Origin: Auanema rhodensis
Taxonomy: Eukaryota > Animalia > Nematoda
Direction: 5' to 3'
Assembly (NCBI GenBank): GCA_964057225.1
Contig: OZ059894.1
Coordinates: forward strand, 14,012,001-14,076,000
Length of the DNA: 64,000 nucleotides
In this document: one piece after another, positions 1-12,111 of the stretch
Layout of the letters: the number at the start of each line of letters is the position of its first letter
How positions within the stretch are numbered: position 1 is the stretch's first letter
Position numbers and translations under genes: made by a program
Notes under the pieces: model-generated
What the model saw: the letters and a program-made list of their open reading frames with translations, nothing else
What the model was told of the DNA's origin: nothing
Database searches by the model: none

Positions 1-59
1 ATGTTATTAATCTTTAAAATAACTATATAAAAAAGACACAAAAAAAAACAAAAAATTAC

Positions 60-1080
60 CTCAAGAAAAGAATAAGATAATTGGCATGAGAATCGTCCAA
101 AAGCTCAGTAAACACTTCTGCAGATGTTTTCTGCTTGTTTTTGATCGGAACAAGCCACTCGTAAAACTGTTTTTAAATTAAATACATGGGAATTTTAAGT
201 AGCTTACATATTCGCAGAAATCTGCTGTAGTAAAATCTGGGAAGCCAAGATCCACTAACCGTTTTTGCCAACCTTTACAAACACTTTCAAATCTAAAAAA
301 AACTTCAAGTATCTTTAACAATAAACACAGACCTATGCATTTCTTCGGGATTTTTGTACATAAGTTCTATTTCAGCAGCGAGCACAGCTCGATAAAAACA
401 GTTTCCATCTCTTCTCATTTGACGGATATCGCAGTAAGTTTCAGCTAAATCCTAAATATACAGAACTAGAATTCAACAAAAAACAGCGGGAGTTTAAAAT
501 TAGATTGATAAACATTTAGATTCACACAGCTTTGCCTGCATGATTACATTACCAGTTCTTTACTATAATTCGTGAATTCATAAATCTGTTTGATTTACAG
601 GATATACCAGGATCAATGATAGTCTCACTTATATAGTTTCATCTTCAACGCGTATATTCAAACATATTTCTTATTCTAGCAAAAAAATATACCTTTGCTT
701 TTGCATGAAATTCTCCGCTTGAATCAGGATCATACTCGATTATGACAGTTTCAAAAGGTAACTTGTCCCCAATCAGAGGATGAGATTTTTGCTAAATATC
801 AGAAAAACCAGTGTTAAAATTTTTGTATTAGACAAATACCTCATCTTCTATCCTTTTCATTTGTGCATCACTTAACTCATTTTGAAGTTGAAGATCCTCA
901 TCTATTTTCTTAGCTTCTTCTAAAACGTCAAGTTATTGTCTATCAATAATGTAAACAATTACCTAAAGCATTTGTAGCTGTTGTTTCTTCAGCAGAGTTA
1001 CTTGATGTCGGATGTGCAGATGGAGCAACTTCCGCGGCCTGGGCTCCATCCGAACCTTCAATGCCAGTAATTTCCGTCAT
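60..1080 (-). CDS. otub-1: Otubain-family deubiquitinase (OTUB1-like), spliced, 3' end runs off the left edge of the window
   Basis: Spliced translation MTEITGIEGSDG...QKSHPLIGDKLPFETVIIEYD...YCDIRQMRRDGNCFYRAVL...LVDLGFPDFTTADFCE...ANYLILFLR. Contains the otubain catalytic motif RxDGNCFYRA; GT-AG introns keep the frame. Confidence 0.9.
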
Positions 1081-2228
1081 TGAATGGGCCCCTTGAGTGA
1101 AAATCTAAATTTCTTATAGAACAGTAAATTGAAACAACAATACTTTGAGTACAAAGTCGGAAAAGTAATTTAAGAAATATGATTTTTTAAATTAAAGAAG
1201 TACGAGCCGTTTCGTAAATTTCATAAACTTCACAAAATTTACGTACAAGATGTTAGCGCCGACGAAAAAATTCATGAATTCCTGCATACTGCCCGAGATG
1301 GTTTTCGCTTAATCGATTTTCTGAGAAACCATTCTGTACAAGCTAGATTGACTTTTTTTTTGAGATAGTTGCGCGAATGAAATCTTTTTCTCTGTGTTTC
1401 AACAATAAAATAATTCAAATGCTACCCTCATGTTAGCCAGTAAATCAAACAATTTCTTACGAAAACTCTCTTACGAAATGAATAGTACAGTTGATAAATT
1501 CATTGTTTGTTTTCCCACTGATGTTTCTTTTTTGTTTTTTTCTCTCCTTTTCAACACTTTGTAATACACATCTTTTCTTATTCAACGTTTTAATCAGCAG
1601 TCATTGTGCGTTCATAGACACTGCTGCCTGATGAAAAGTCCCATACTCATTGATTTCTGTTGGTCTCATATGTGCCAAATCTCAATCATTTTGTACTTTG
1701 CCTGGAAACATAATCGTATTATTGTTGAAGGTTTATTCAAAGTTATTTTGGAATTATTCGAACTTGAATATACTTTACGTTTACAGTTATTTTTATTCTC
1801 AACTGGTTTTCTTTCTATGCTTTCCAATTTGTTCTAGTTCATTTATCTGTCCTTAAGTCATTTCAAGAACGTTCTTTGCTAAACTTGTTCCAGCATATAT
1901 ATTTGAGCTATCTTTTTCTTATTTTTATTCTTATCTTAAAATAGTGAGGTTATCTCTTAATTTGGAAAGCTAGCATAGAAGTAGTCGTACCTTTGACGTA
2001 CTGAAGTGCGTCATTGAAATCTTCCCTTATCTTGTAAATTTGACCTCATTATCTTTTCCCACCATATTTGGTTTTATTTTAATCTATTTTCATCTTAAGA
2101 TACACTTCAATTTCAGATTTTGTGACAGTCATGTTTTTTTGAAGGATTGCTTATATCACACTTGTTTTAAAGTCATATCATTGTTCATTCCCACGGCTGT
2201 GATAGTATATGCCCTATCAGCTCCCAAT

Positions 2229-4258
2229 ATGCGTCAATGTATCTTATTGTTTTCAACTTTACTAATTTCTTCTGTTAGTAGTGAAGGATACTATTGTTTT
2301 GGGGATGGTATTATTAATAATGAGGTTAGATATAGTTTATTTTTTATTAATTTTTTAATTTTAATATTTAGATTCAACCTTGCCGATTTTTCGCCGCTGT
2401 AATAGATGCGGGATCTACCGGTACAAGGCTTCATCTTTACAGATATGTTGTAAATCAAGACCCACATGGCTTACCTATGTTGGTTGAAGAAGAAATATTT
2501 AAGGAGGTAAACATTTTGTTTACTTACTTTTTTACTTTTTATAATTTGAAGGTGAAACCTGGTCTTTCATCATTCAATAATGATCCTAAAGGAGCTGGAG
2601 CATCTGTTAAGCAATTAATTAGCATAGCTCAAGAATCTGTTCCTCATTTTCTTTGGGAAAGAACGCCCATAACTTTGAAAGTAAATTATTTTTTTATATT
2701 GTGAATAATTTTCTTTTCTTTAGGCTACTGCTGGTTTAAGATTGTTACCTGGTGATATGGCTGATGAAATTTTGAGCGAAGTAAGTCTTTGTTTACATTT
2801 TTTGCCTTAGCATCAAATTGTAGGTAGAGTACGAATTAAAAGAAAGTGGATTTTTCCTGAGCCCAAATTCCGTGGAAATAATGAGTGGCTCTGATGAAGG
2901 CATGTACAGCTGGTTCACATTGAATCTTTTACTCAATCGTTTATTTTCAAGTATGAATATATTAAAATTAAACAATAAAATCATAATTGATATAGACGAT
3001 CCTGAGAATCCGACGAAACCTTTAGCCGAAAATAGTGTTGCTGCCTTTGACTTAGGCGGAGGATCTACTCAATTAACTTATTGGCCATCATCGAAGGAAG
3101 TTTTCAATAAATATCAAGGCTATGATAGGCAAATTGATTTCTTTGGAAATAATTTAAATTTATTTACTCATAGGTTTGTTAATTTATCAGTATGTGAAAA
3201 TTATATTCTTAGTTTTCAGTTTTCTTGGGAATGGTTTAAATGCTGCAAGACTTAGTATTCTTCTACAAATTTCTGATAAAGTTTCAGCTGATTTACAGGT
3301 AAAAATCAAATTTCCAAATGCATGTGTAACTGTTTTATTAGGAACGTGATATGTTGTTATCTAATTGTTTGCCTGAATCATTCATACTTCCCAATTGGCA
3401 TTATGCCCTTCGCAACTGGAACATAAGGTATAAACTACAATATGAAATGTGGTAATCATTATAAATTCAAACTTTACAGTGGAACAAGTAGTTACTCTTA
3501 TGAAACGTGTTACAATTCTGTGAAGTTGTTTATTGAGCGAAGTGAAATTATGCAATTAGATGGTTTTTTCCTAAGCAAGACTTTCCATTCATTCAGCGTA
3601 ATTTCAGATCTTAAAGGAAAACCTATTTATCTATTTTCCTACTTTTTTGATAGAGGTCTGAATGCTGGACTTGTTAAAGATAACAATGGAGGTCTTGTTA
3701 AGTTAGCAGATTACAAAAAAGCTGCAGAAAAGGGTATATTCAATTTCTAAGGGAAAATATTTGGTTTTCAAATTTCAGCATGCACTAGAGAATCCCAAGA
3801 ATTGATAGGCACTTCTCATTGGTTCCCATGGCTTTGTCAGGATTTAACATATATTTATTCCTTATTACATGATGGATATGGTTTTGATGATGATCAAGAG
3901 TTATATGTAAGTTAATTTGATTCTTAATATCACGTGTAGTCATATTATTTTTAAACCTTCTGTTTTATCGATATTCTGTCATTGATAAGACTTCTTGGGT
4001 TTCTTGTCAATTTAATTTATTTTTAATATAAATTCACTTTTTCAGCTGGCGAAAAAGATAAAAGGAATGGAAGTGTCTTGGGGACAAGGTTTATCATATG
4101 CTTTGGTGAATGAATTCAACGAATACATGAACTATGAACATCTCTTGAAATCTCACAACGAAACTGTTGTAGAACAAATTTGGCACTATGTTTATCTTGG
4201 TACCAACAACATAATCACATATTTTAGTTTAATTTCTGGTTTTGGAGGCGATTCTTAA
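2229..4258 (+). CDS. uda-1: GDA1/CD39 family nucleoside diphosphatase (ENTPD5/6-like) with N-terminal signal/anchor
   Basis: All five apyrase conserved regions are present across exons: IDAGSTGTRL, ATAGLRLL, GSDEGMYSWFTLN, FDLGGGSTQ, MEVSWGQG; also EVKPGLSSF. The paralog name uda-1 is inferred. Confidence 0.88.
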
Positions 4259-4922
4259 GTTATTTTTTCAACATTTTTTGCATGTTTTTCGTATCCTGGC
4301 CTTTTCTACCAAATATTAATGTTTAAGCTTTATAAGATAATTAGTTTCAATTTTTCCTAACCGGGTAGAGGCACTACAGATACCTAGTGTTTTTTTTATT
4401 ATCCTAATCACATTTGGGTTAGTATAGAAGGGTATCAGTATTATCTTGCCTTATGAAATTATTTTGAGAACTGAACTCTAAAAATATCATATAATTCATT
4501 GAATATCGTTTTTTAACAAATCATTCTATCAAATTATTTTAGTGCCATAATAGATATTCAGCTAGTTCTATTGTACCATTCATATTCTCTATCTTTTTAC
4601 TGTGTTATTGCGCTCACTTATATTATCTAAAATCTTGAAAAATATTAATCCATATATATATTTAAATATATATAATAAAAATATTTATGAGGTATATAAC
4701 ATGATCATAACAGGAACAGCATATTAAGAATTGGCCTATAGTTGAAGATCAATAGATAAAAAACATTATTTTTTAAAAACTACCCGAAAAGTTTGTAATT
4801 TAGGCTCAATATTTAAAAGTTATATTGTTTATACAACCTTTTCTTCAGATATATACTATTAAAGCTGACAATGGTTTACATCATATCTTAGAATAGGATT
4901 AATATTCCAGATGAGAGAATAA

Positions 4923-7240
4923 TTATTGACTTTTTTGGAATGCATATAATGTTTCAAATAGTGGTAGATATTGAGCATAAGTTCGTTTAATGCGTGTAGC
5001 ATTTGGCCAACGACTATAATCAGCACAATACGTCATTCTCATTAATTTATAGTAATGAACCATTTTCTCTTCTCGCCATATCGGGCATTGTCTATAAAAG
5101 GTTTGTAAAGTTTTAACAGATTGTATCAATATTTTCTATTTGGAATTGTATTTGAACAGCTTGTACACAAGTTCCAATTTTCGGTTTCAAGTTGTTTCTT
5201 TTGGAATATGGAATTTTTTTTGGAAGTAGAACGAAAAAAATTGTATTTTGTTACCTATATTCAGTGTTATCAGCTTGTTCTTGTCCGTTATCCACACAAT
5301 ACTGTTGTTGTTGCTTGTTTAACTTTTTGATTAATCTAGCTAATCGTTGAGTTTGACTCTTTAAGCGATGAACTACCTAAAATGAAAAATATAATGAAAA
5401 CAATTTTCTGTTGAAGATTACATCTGTAGTAAGCATATCGCGGTTTTCTAAACATTCTTCCACAGGCTCATTTTCATCATCCTAAATTATTAAATACATT
5501 AGAGTTTAAATATAATTATTAAATGTTATAAAGGAGATATACTAATGTTATATTCTTAATCTTTAAAAGCGAAATTTAATCTTTTGAATCAATGTCTTTG
5601 AACAATAACGGATTGATACGGTGATGGCACTACCAGCTGTCCAACTTGTCAAAAGTCAAGCAGGTGACCATATGATTGACTAGAAATGTCTATTGAAATA
5701 CGAATTATCTATCTCATGGGTTGAGAAGAGAGAGAGAAAAGGTGAAAGAGAATCATCGAGATTATAAAAGAACTGTTCAAAAACTGGTTGACATGTGTAA
5801 ATATCAAAAAGACAACGAAATATATCTTTTTAGAAACAAAGAAAAGTTTGAAAGATATTTGTCTTTATACATATAATTGGTTAGAACGTTCAACAACTGA
5901 ACGAAGACAAGGAGTAAGAGAGAGAAAGAAAGAGATAACCGAGTAGAATAAAGGTATCTGTAAGTAGGGGCCAGAACAAAACGAAGAAAAAGGGATAATG
6001 ACAAGGAAAAGTTTGATGAGTTCGTTCAGCGATTTAGAAGGTTGGCAAGAAGCTGATTGACAAGCTGTCAACGGATTACGAGCTATTCGATTGCTTTTCG
6101 TACTTTCAACAATTTCAGTATTTCTCATCATTATTCATAATATTCACTTAAGTACTTTCAAAGAATTAAAGTTTGGAAATAAAGTTTAAATTTCAATATA
6201 GATAAAAGAAGATTTCAAATAAAACTTACAGCATTTCCATTTCGTTCAATTTCTAATGGTAAATCAACAATATCATCGTTTTCATATGTTCTATCATCAG
6301 TAACAGGCTTGATATGAGGAACATTTCCATGAGCAAAAGAAAACCAAGCTTTAGCACTTATCTAAAGCATTTCTAGCTAAAGCTATGATTTTCGAAAAGG
6401 AATAACCTCGTTAGTTTTTGGGAATTCTGTTTCTACATAGGGTACTGTAATTGGAGGGTTTGTGGATGTAGTTGTGGAAGTTGTGATTGTTGTCGAGATA
6501 ACTTCATTTGAATATTTAGATTCCGACATAGGTAGAGATGTTTCTAGAATAGTATCAGAGATTTCTGGAGGGGATGGTGTATCAGGTGCTTGAAGTGATT
6601 GTTCGGATATCGTAGGATTTTTATTTAAATGAACATCACTTACATAGGCAACCTGGAAAATACGATCAATTTTTTAAACTAATTTTAACAAAAATTGTTA
6701 TTACCTTACGATATTTACTATATTCTTCTACTCGATTTTCCCCGTCAGCTACTAAACTTGTATTTTTCAAATCAAAAACTGAAGAAATATTATGGGTTTG
6801 TGTTGTTAATTCGGAAATCTGAAATATTTGACTAAAATAATTTTTCAGTTCTAGAATTTATCTGACCTCAGTTGATGACGTTGTTACTTCATCTCCAGAT
6901 TCTGTATTATTCTGATGTTCATCTATTAATCTGATTTCAATACGTTCTATAGGAGCATCCAAACGTTCAACTTAACAAACGAACGATAAGAGTGAAACAA
7001 ATGAAAACAACCTTGAAACTTGACAGGCTCCACGGTCGTTGAAGCTTCCAAAATTTCATTTAAATATATTGATGTTGATGCAGTTGTAGTTAGAAGTTCA
7101 GTTGAGCTATGCTCTTTATCGAAGCTTGAACTTTCAACTATTACTGTATCACGTTGATAACGCTTATTGAAGTCTCGTTGAATACGAGGATGTGTTGATA
7201 CTAGCAGCATAAGCTGCGAGATGAGCAGCAATAACATCAT
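4923..7240 (-). CDS. Orphan secreted protein: signal peptide, Ser/Thr/Pro-rich mucin-like stalk, Cys-containing helical C-terminal domain
   Basis: MMLLLLISQLMLLVSTHPRIQR signal peptide; successive GT-AG exons join in frame (STELLTTTAST, STTITTSTTTSTNPP, ISAKAWFSFAHG, EECLENRD, HRLKSQTQRLARLIKKL, FYRQCPIW...MTYCADYSRW). No family recognised. Confidence 0.75.
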
Positions 7241-9019
7241 ATGCAAATGAGCTTTTAACCAAGTTCAACCAGGTAGTAAGGAGACGAGTGTTGAAATGGC
7301 AGAGATCTGGATCAAAGATCGATCATAACATGTTAAAGAGAGACAGAAGAGAATAAAAGAGTAAGAGGAAACAGAGAGAAGAAATGAAAAGATAGAAAGA
7401 GAGAGAAAGCAGGGAGAGAGAGAATGAGAGAGGGAGGGTTGAAAGGGAAGAAGAAAAGAACATTACTTTACTTAAAGAGTACTAAGAATAAAGATAGCTA
7501 AAACAACTAATAATCCACAATAATACATTTTGAAACAGAGTTTCATCTCAAACCTCAAACGCCTGACTGATCCTATTTCAACAGAAGTTGTAGCTTAAAC
7601 CTGAACACGTCTGACGTCATCTGAACACGAGTTCATGGATTGTAAGATCTTTTTAGTCTTTGCTGAATTACAAGTAAACAAGATGTCAAATTCATAAATG
7701 TATTAGTATATCGTAGGATAAAGTGATTTTTCAATGAATTTTCTGTGCTTTTTTAATAGAAACGAAATAATTCCTTGTCTAGCTTGGAAAAAAAGAAATA
7801 ATAATTTAGACAAACTATCATGTAGTTTTCAATCATATTTGACATGGAAATAGCATGAAAAATACGTTTTTTGACAAAAAATGATGAGAAAAAGTGTGAA
7901 TAAGATCAGAAAATGATGACAGTTGTTGACATGTTCTTCGTCTATGATTTGATGTTAACGATCTCACGTGCAATAGATGATCTACAACAAGAGCTCTAAA
8001 GAAGAAATGTATAATACAAATTCAAAGAGGAAATAGACAAAAGAAGGGAAAGGAACAAGAGATTAAGAGAGAAAAACAAAGTGGCATATGAAGAGAAGCA
8101 TTGAAAAAAAGGTAAAGATATAGAGAAAGTTAAAAAGAACAAGAGAGAGATAGAGATAGAGAGAGAGGGAAAATACTATGATGAACTGAAGTAAAAAGAT
8201 GATGATGAGAGGCGCTAGTATTGTGGAGTACTTGAAGAACAGCTGATGAAAGATGAAACTTCGGAGTCATATAAATTCTTATGTTAACTATATGTATGTA
8301 TATATTAGGTAAACATACATATGTATAGTAATAAATCTTTTATTATATGATAAGTTTTAATAGAAGATGATAATGAGATACATATGTTTATTGTTTATTA
8401 TAAATATTTCTTTATTCCCTCAAATAACAATTCTTATATTGATCTTATATTTCTTATTTCTTTTTTTTTTTTTGATTTATTTCAGACAGAAAACTGATTG
8501 TTCTGTTGATCTACCAATTCATCAGTTCAGTCATAATTCGTGGCAAATACTGATTTGATAACAGTTTTGACGTTGGTGAATTGAAAATGTTGATAAGAAA
8601 ATGTAAATCTATGGTCATCATTGTATAAAATGATGTCTTGTTAATAAAATTTTTTAATAATTTTTAAAAAATTTCTTATCTGAATATAGAAATGATAGTA
8701 TATTTACATACAAATAATCAATTATTCTATAAATAATTTTGAAAATAAAAATACAAATAGAAGTCTTTTCTTGAAATGAATGAAAGGGAAAATTTTTATA
8801 TTTTTTTGGTAGAAGGAATATACATACATATAGGATGTTCAATGTTAATTTATATAATAATTAGTTTATTATATAATAATAAAATAATTTATATAATATA
8901 TATATACTTAATCTTTTATAAAAAATATTAATCTATATACCTTATTCTAAATTAATAATGAACTTCCTTATGTTATATCTCTACACAGTACATTTTCTAG
9001 CACATTCATCTTTAAATAT

Positions 9020-9048
9020 TGATAAAGTTTATCAGTAAGTATAAATAG
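9020..9048 (+). promoter_or_regulatory. Cathepsin B core promoter: inverted GATA pair plus TATA box
   Basis: TGATAA-agt-TTATCA (9020-9034) directly followed by GTATAAATAG (9039-9048), about 80 bp upstream of the ATG. Matches nematode intestinal ELT-2 sites and the TATA consensus. Confidence 0.65.
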
Positions 9049-9124
9049 GCTCATAATCTTTAATCAAATTAATAAATCAAGAAGACTGTGTAAGAGCAGA
9101 CTACTTGACTTATCAAAAAAAAAT

Positions 9125-10595
9125 ATGGTAAGAAAAATAATTTTAAATATTTAGTTTCTATTTTCAATATTTTATAGAAGACTCTTCTTATTGCCCTTTG
9201 CGGCTTGGCTCTTTCTCAAGCTGTTGTTGTTGAGAGTAAGTTTAATTATTCTTTTATAACATTTTATAAATTAATTTAGAAACTTATTTGTATATTTATG
9301 TTTTATTTTTAGATACCAATGTTGAGAATCTCAGTGGTCAAGCTTTAGTTGACTATGTTAACTCCAAGCAAACTTTGTTCAAAACCAAGCTTTCCCACAG
9401 ATTCGAAGGAATGACTGATGTTGTCAAGAGCCGTGTTATGGGTGTTTTGATGACCGAAATCCCAGCTGAAGATCGCGTATGAACAGAAGATCATGCATTG
9501 TAAATCTGTCGATTTCAGATCAACGAAGTCAGTCATAAGGATATGGAGGATGCTGCTGTCCCAGACAGCTTCGACTCTCGTACTCAATGGCCAAACTGTC
9601 CATCTATTTCTAACATTCGTGACCAGTCTTCCTGCGGGTCTTGCTGGGCTTTCGGAGCTGCTGAGTGTATGAGTGATCGTATCTGCATTGCTTCTAAGGG
9701 ATCCGTCAGAGTTACTCTCTCTGCTGACGATATTCTTGGATGCTGCGGATTCGTCTGTGGAAATGGGTAAGATTCGGTTTATTGTAATATGTATATGATA
9801 TATAAGTAAACACAAAAATTCATTTACTTCATTTGTATTCTTCAGATGCAAGGGAGGTTTCCCAATTCAAGCCTGGAAACACTGGGTCAAGCAAGGAGTT
9901 GTCACTGGAGGAGCTTATGGATCGTAAGATTTTCGAAATAACTAGAAATTATATTTAAACATAAGCTGTTTAGCAAGATTGGATGCAAGCCATACCCATA
10001 CCCACCATGTGAGCATCACGATAACGCTACTCGTTACGACCCATGCCCAGGAGCTCTTTACCCAACTGATCATTGCGAACGCAAGTGCGAAGATGGATAC
10101 GGCAAGACTTACGATCAAGACAAGTTCTACGGTATGTTATAAGCAATTAGCTTTACCCAATCACATTTTCATTGCAGGAAAATCTGCTTATGCTGTTTCT
10201 CGCCATGTTTCTGATATCCAAAAGGAAATCATGACCAACGGACCAGTTGAAGTTTCCTTCACCGTATACGAAGACTTCGAGCACTACTCATCTGGAGTCT
10301 ATGTCGTAAGTTGCTCTAGTTGATATTCATTCATATATTCTTGGTTATCTAGCACACCGCCGGAAAGAACCTTGGAGGACACGCCGTCAAGATGATTGGA
10401 TGGGGAGTTGATGCAACAACCGGAACTCCATACTGGATCTGTGCCAACTCTTGGAACTCTGACTGGGGAGAGAACGGTAAAATAAATAAAAATTATGATA
10501 AATATTAAACTATTCTAGGATTCTTCCGTATCATCCGTGGAGCCAACGAATGCGGAATTGAATCTGCCGTTGTTGCTGGACTTCCAAAGCTCTAA
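9125..10595 (+). CDS. Cathepsin B-like cysteine protease (cpr family) with intact occluding loop
   Basis: First exon encodes only the ATG; signal peptide [16 protein letters not shown]; [11 protein letters not shown] catalytic Cys; PYPPCEHH occluding loop; [11 protein letters not shown] His; [23 protein letters not shown] Asn; ends GLPKL-TAA; AATAAA near 10641. Confidence 0.95.
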
Positions 10596-11204
10596 ATTAT
10601 AATTTTTCTAATCCAGAAAAATAATTTTATTAATAATAATAATAAAAATTAAACTAAAAACTATTATTTTATATGAAAGTACATCTTATACTCATACAAA
10701 GATATCTTTATATAGAGATTTTCTTATTAATTTACTTATTATAATATATAATTAAACTTATATATGTTTATTTAAGTTTTAAATAATTCCCGAATAAGTT
10801 TGAATTGAGAAAATTTTCAAATATACATTTAGAGAATATTAATTCAAATGAATTATTCTATACTATGAGAACAACAAGAAATTATGTTTTGTTAGAAAAA
10901 GAACATATTTGATTGAAAAATCTTATAAATTAGCTAAATTATATGAATGAAAAGAAATTCTGATTATAGAGTACTATACTATATTCTATATTCTATTTCT
11001 ATTTCTATATATATATGTATTTAAATATATATTTTATTTTTAAATTATTAAAGATAAATAAGTTAAAAACATATAAGAAAAATGTTTTTAAATTAAATTA
11101 TTAACAACCCATAATTACTGTGACTGTGACAGAAAGTTGTATTAACATCTAAATGGTTGCCCCTTATGTTCCTCTTTTCACTTAAACATTCTTTCTTTGC
11201 CTCC

Positions 11205-11316
11205 TATCTCTCTCTCTCTCTCTCTCTCTTTCCCTCTCTCTCTCTATCTCTCCCCCTCTCTCTCTCTATCTCTCCCCCTCTCTCTCTATCTCTCCCCCTC
11301 TCTCTCTCTATCTCTC
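11205..11316. repeat. Compound CT microsatellite with a 20-22 bp higher-order unit (CCCCC(TC)nTATCTCT)
   Basis: Directly visible, nearly pure pyrimidine tract with 3-4 copies of the unit. Confidence 0.9.
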
Positions 11317-11611
11317 AATCTCTTAAATTAGTCGGTAAAAGTTTTGAGAGAAACAATCATTTCATAGAAACTAACTGAAACAAAAACTTTTCTTTTTTTT
11401 TGTTGTTTTAAATTTTATTTTATGTCGAGATAAAAATCATTGTATCTATTCTATTCTTTTTTTTCTTTATGTTTAATTCTAACCTCAACTATCCTTAAAC
11501 TTGTAGAATAATCTCAATCGTATCTAACTATACGTCTGTATATATTTACCAGATGTATCTCATATTTCCCTTAAACTATCATTTATTGTTCTTAATTTCT
11601 TATAGTATTGT

Positions 11612-11613
<2 letters not shown>

Positions 11614-11648
<35 letters not shown>
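11614..11648. repeat. (TA)n microsatellite
   Basis: About 17 uninterrupted AT/TA units. Confidence 0.9.
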
Positions 11649-11651
<3 letters not shown>

Positions 11652-12111
11652 CTAACAGTAGCTTACGAACATATTTCATATTACAAACTATATTGTCTTT
11701 CATATATTTCTCTCTAAACATTCCAAAATGCTTATTTCAAATCCATTAAATATGCTATATAACTTCCATTTTTTAATCTTTCATATCATATCATCTAACA
11801 TATTCCCACACTTCGTTATCCAACAATCCTTTCCCGCAATTATTTGTAAAAAAAACTTTTTTTTGGCTTAAAAAACCCATAAGGAATCAAACTATATTCC
11901 GATATTGTACGTTTTATACTTTTCTTTTTTAAATTTAAAATGTTTTATTTTTGTTCGTCCGATTATGACCATACATACATCATATATCATTCTTTTCTAT
12001 ACAATCATAATATATATATTTTCTTATAAATATTTGAAATATTTAATGGATTTCTTATGTTTTTTTAATTTTTTTTTACTTCTTTCTAAATTTATAATTA
12101 TTAAATTTTAG

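Noticed and set aside
5677-5699. TGACTAGA seed of the miR-44/miR-279 family
   Set aside because: Only about 6 bp pair with upstream sequence; no precursor hairpin.
5865-6131. 88-aa Cys-containing ORF on the minus strand
   Set aside because: It lies inside the intron (5482-6229) whose flanking exons join in frame without it, and its second half is low-complexity.
10339-10353. TCTTGGTTATCTAGC resembles miR-9/miR-79-5p
   Set aside because: It is the 3' splice site of a cathepsin intron; there is no partner arm (ATAAAGCTAG) and no hairpin.
10430-10475. Cathepsin B haemoglobinase motif of blood-feeding helminths
   Set aside because: The sequence is YWICANSW; Cys replaces the required Ile/Val, so parasitism cannot be inferred.
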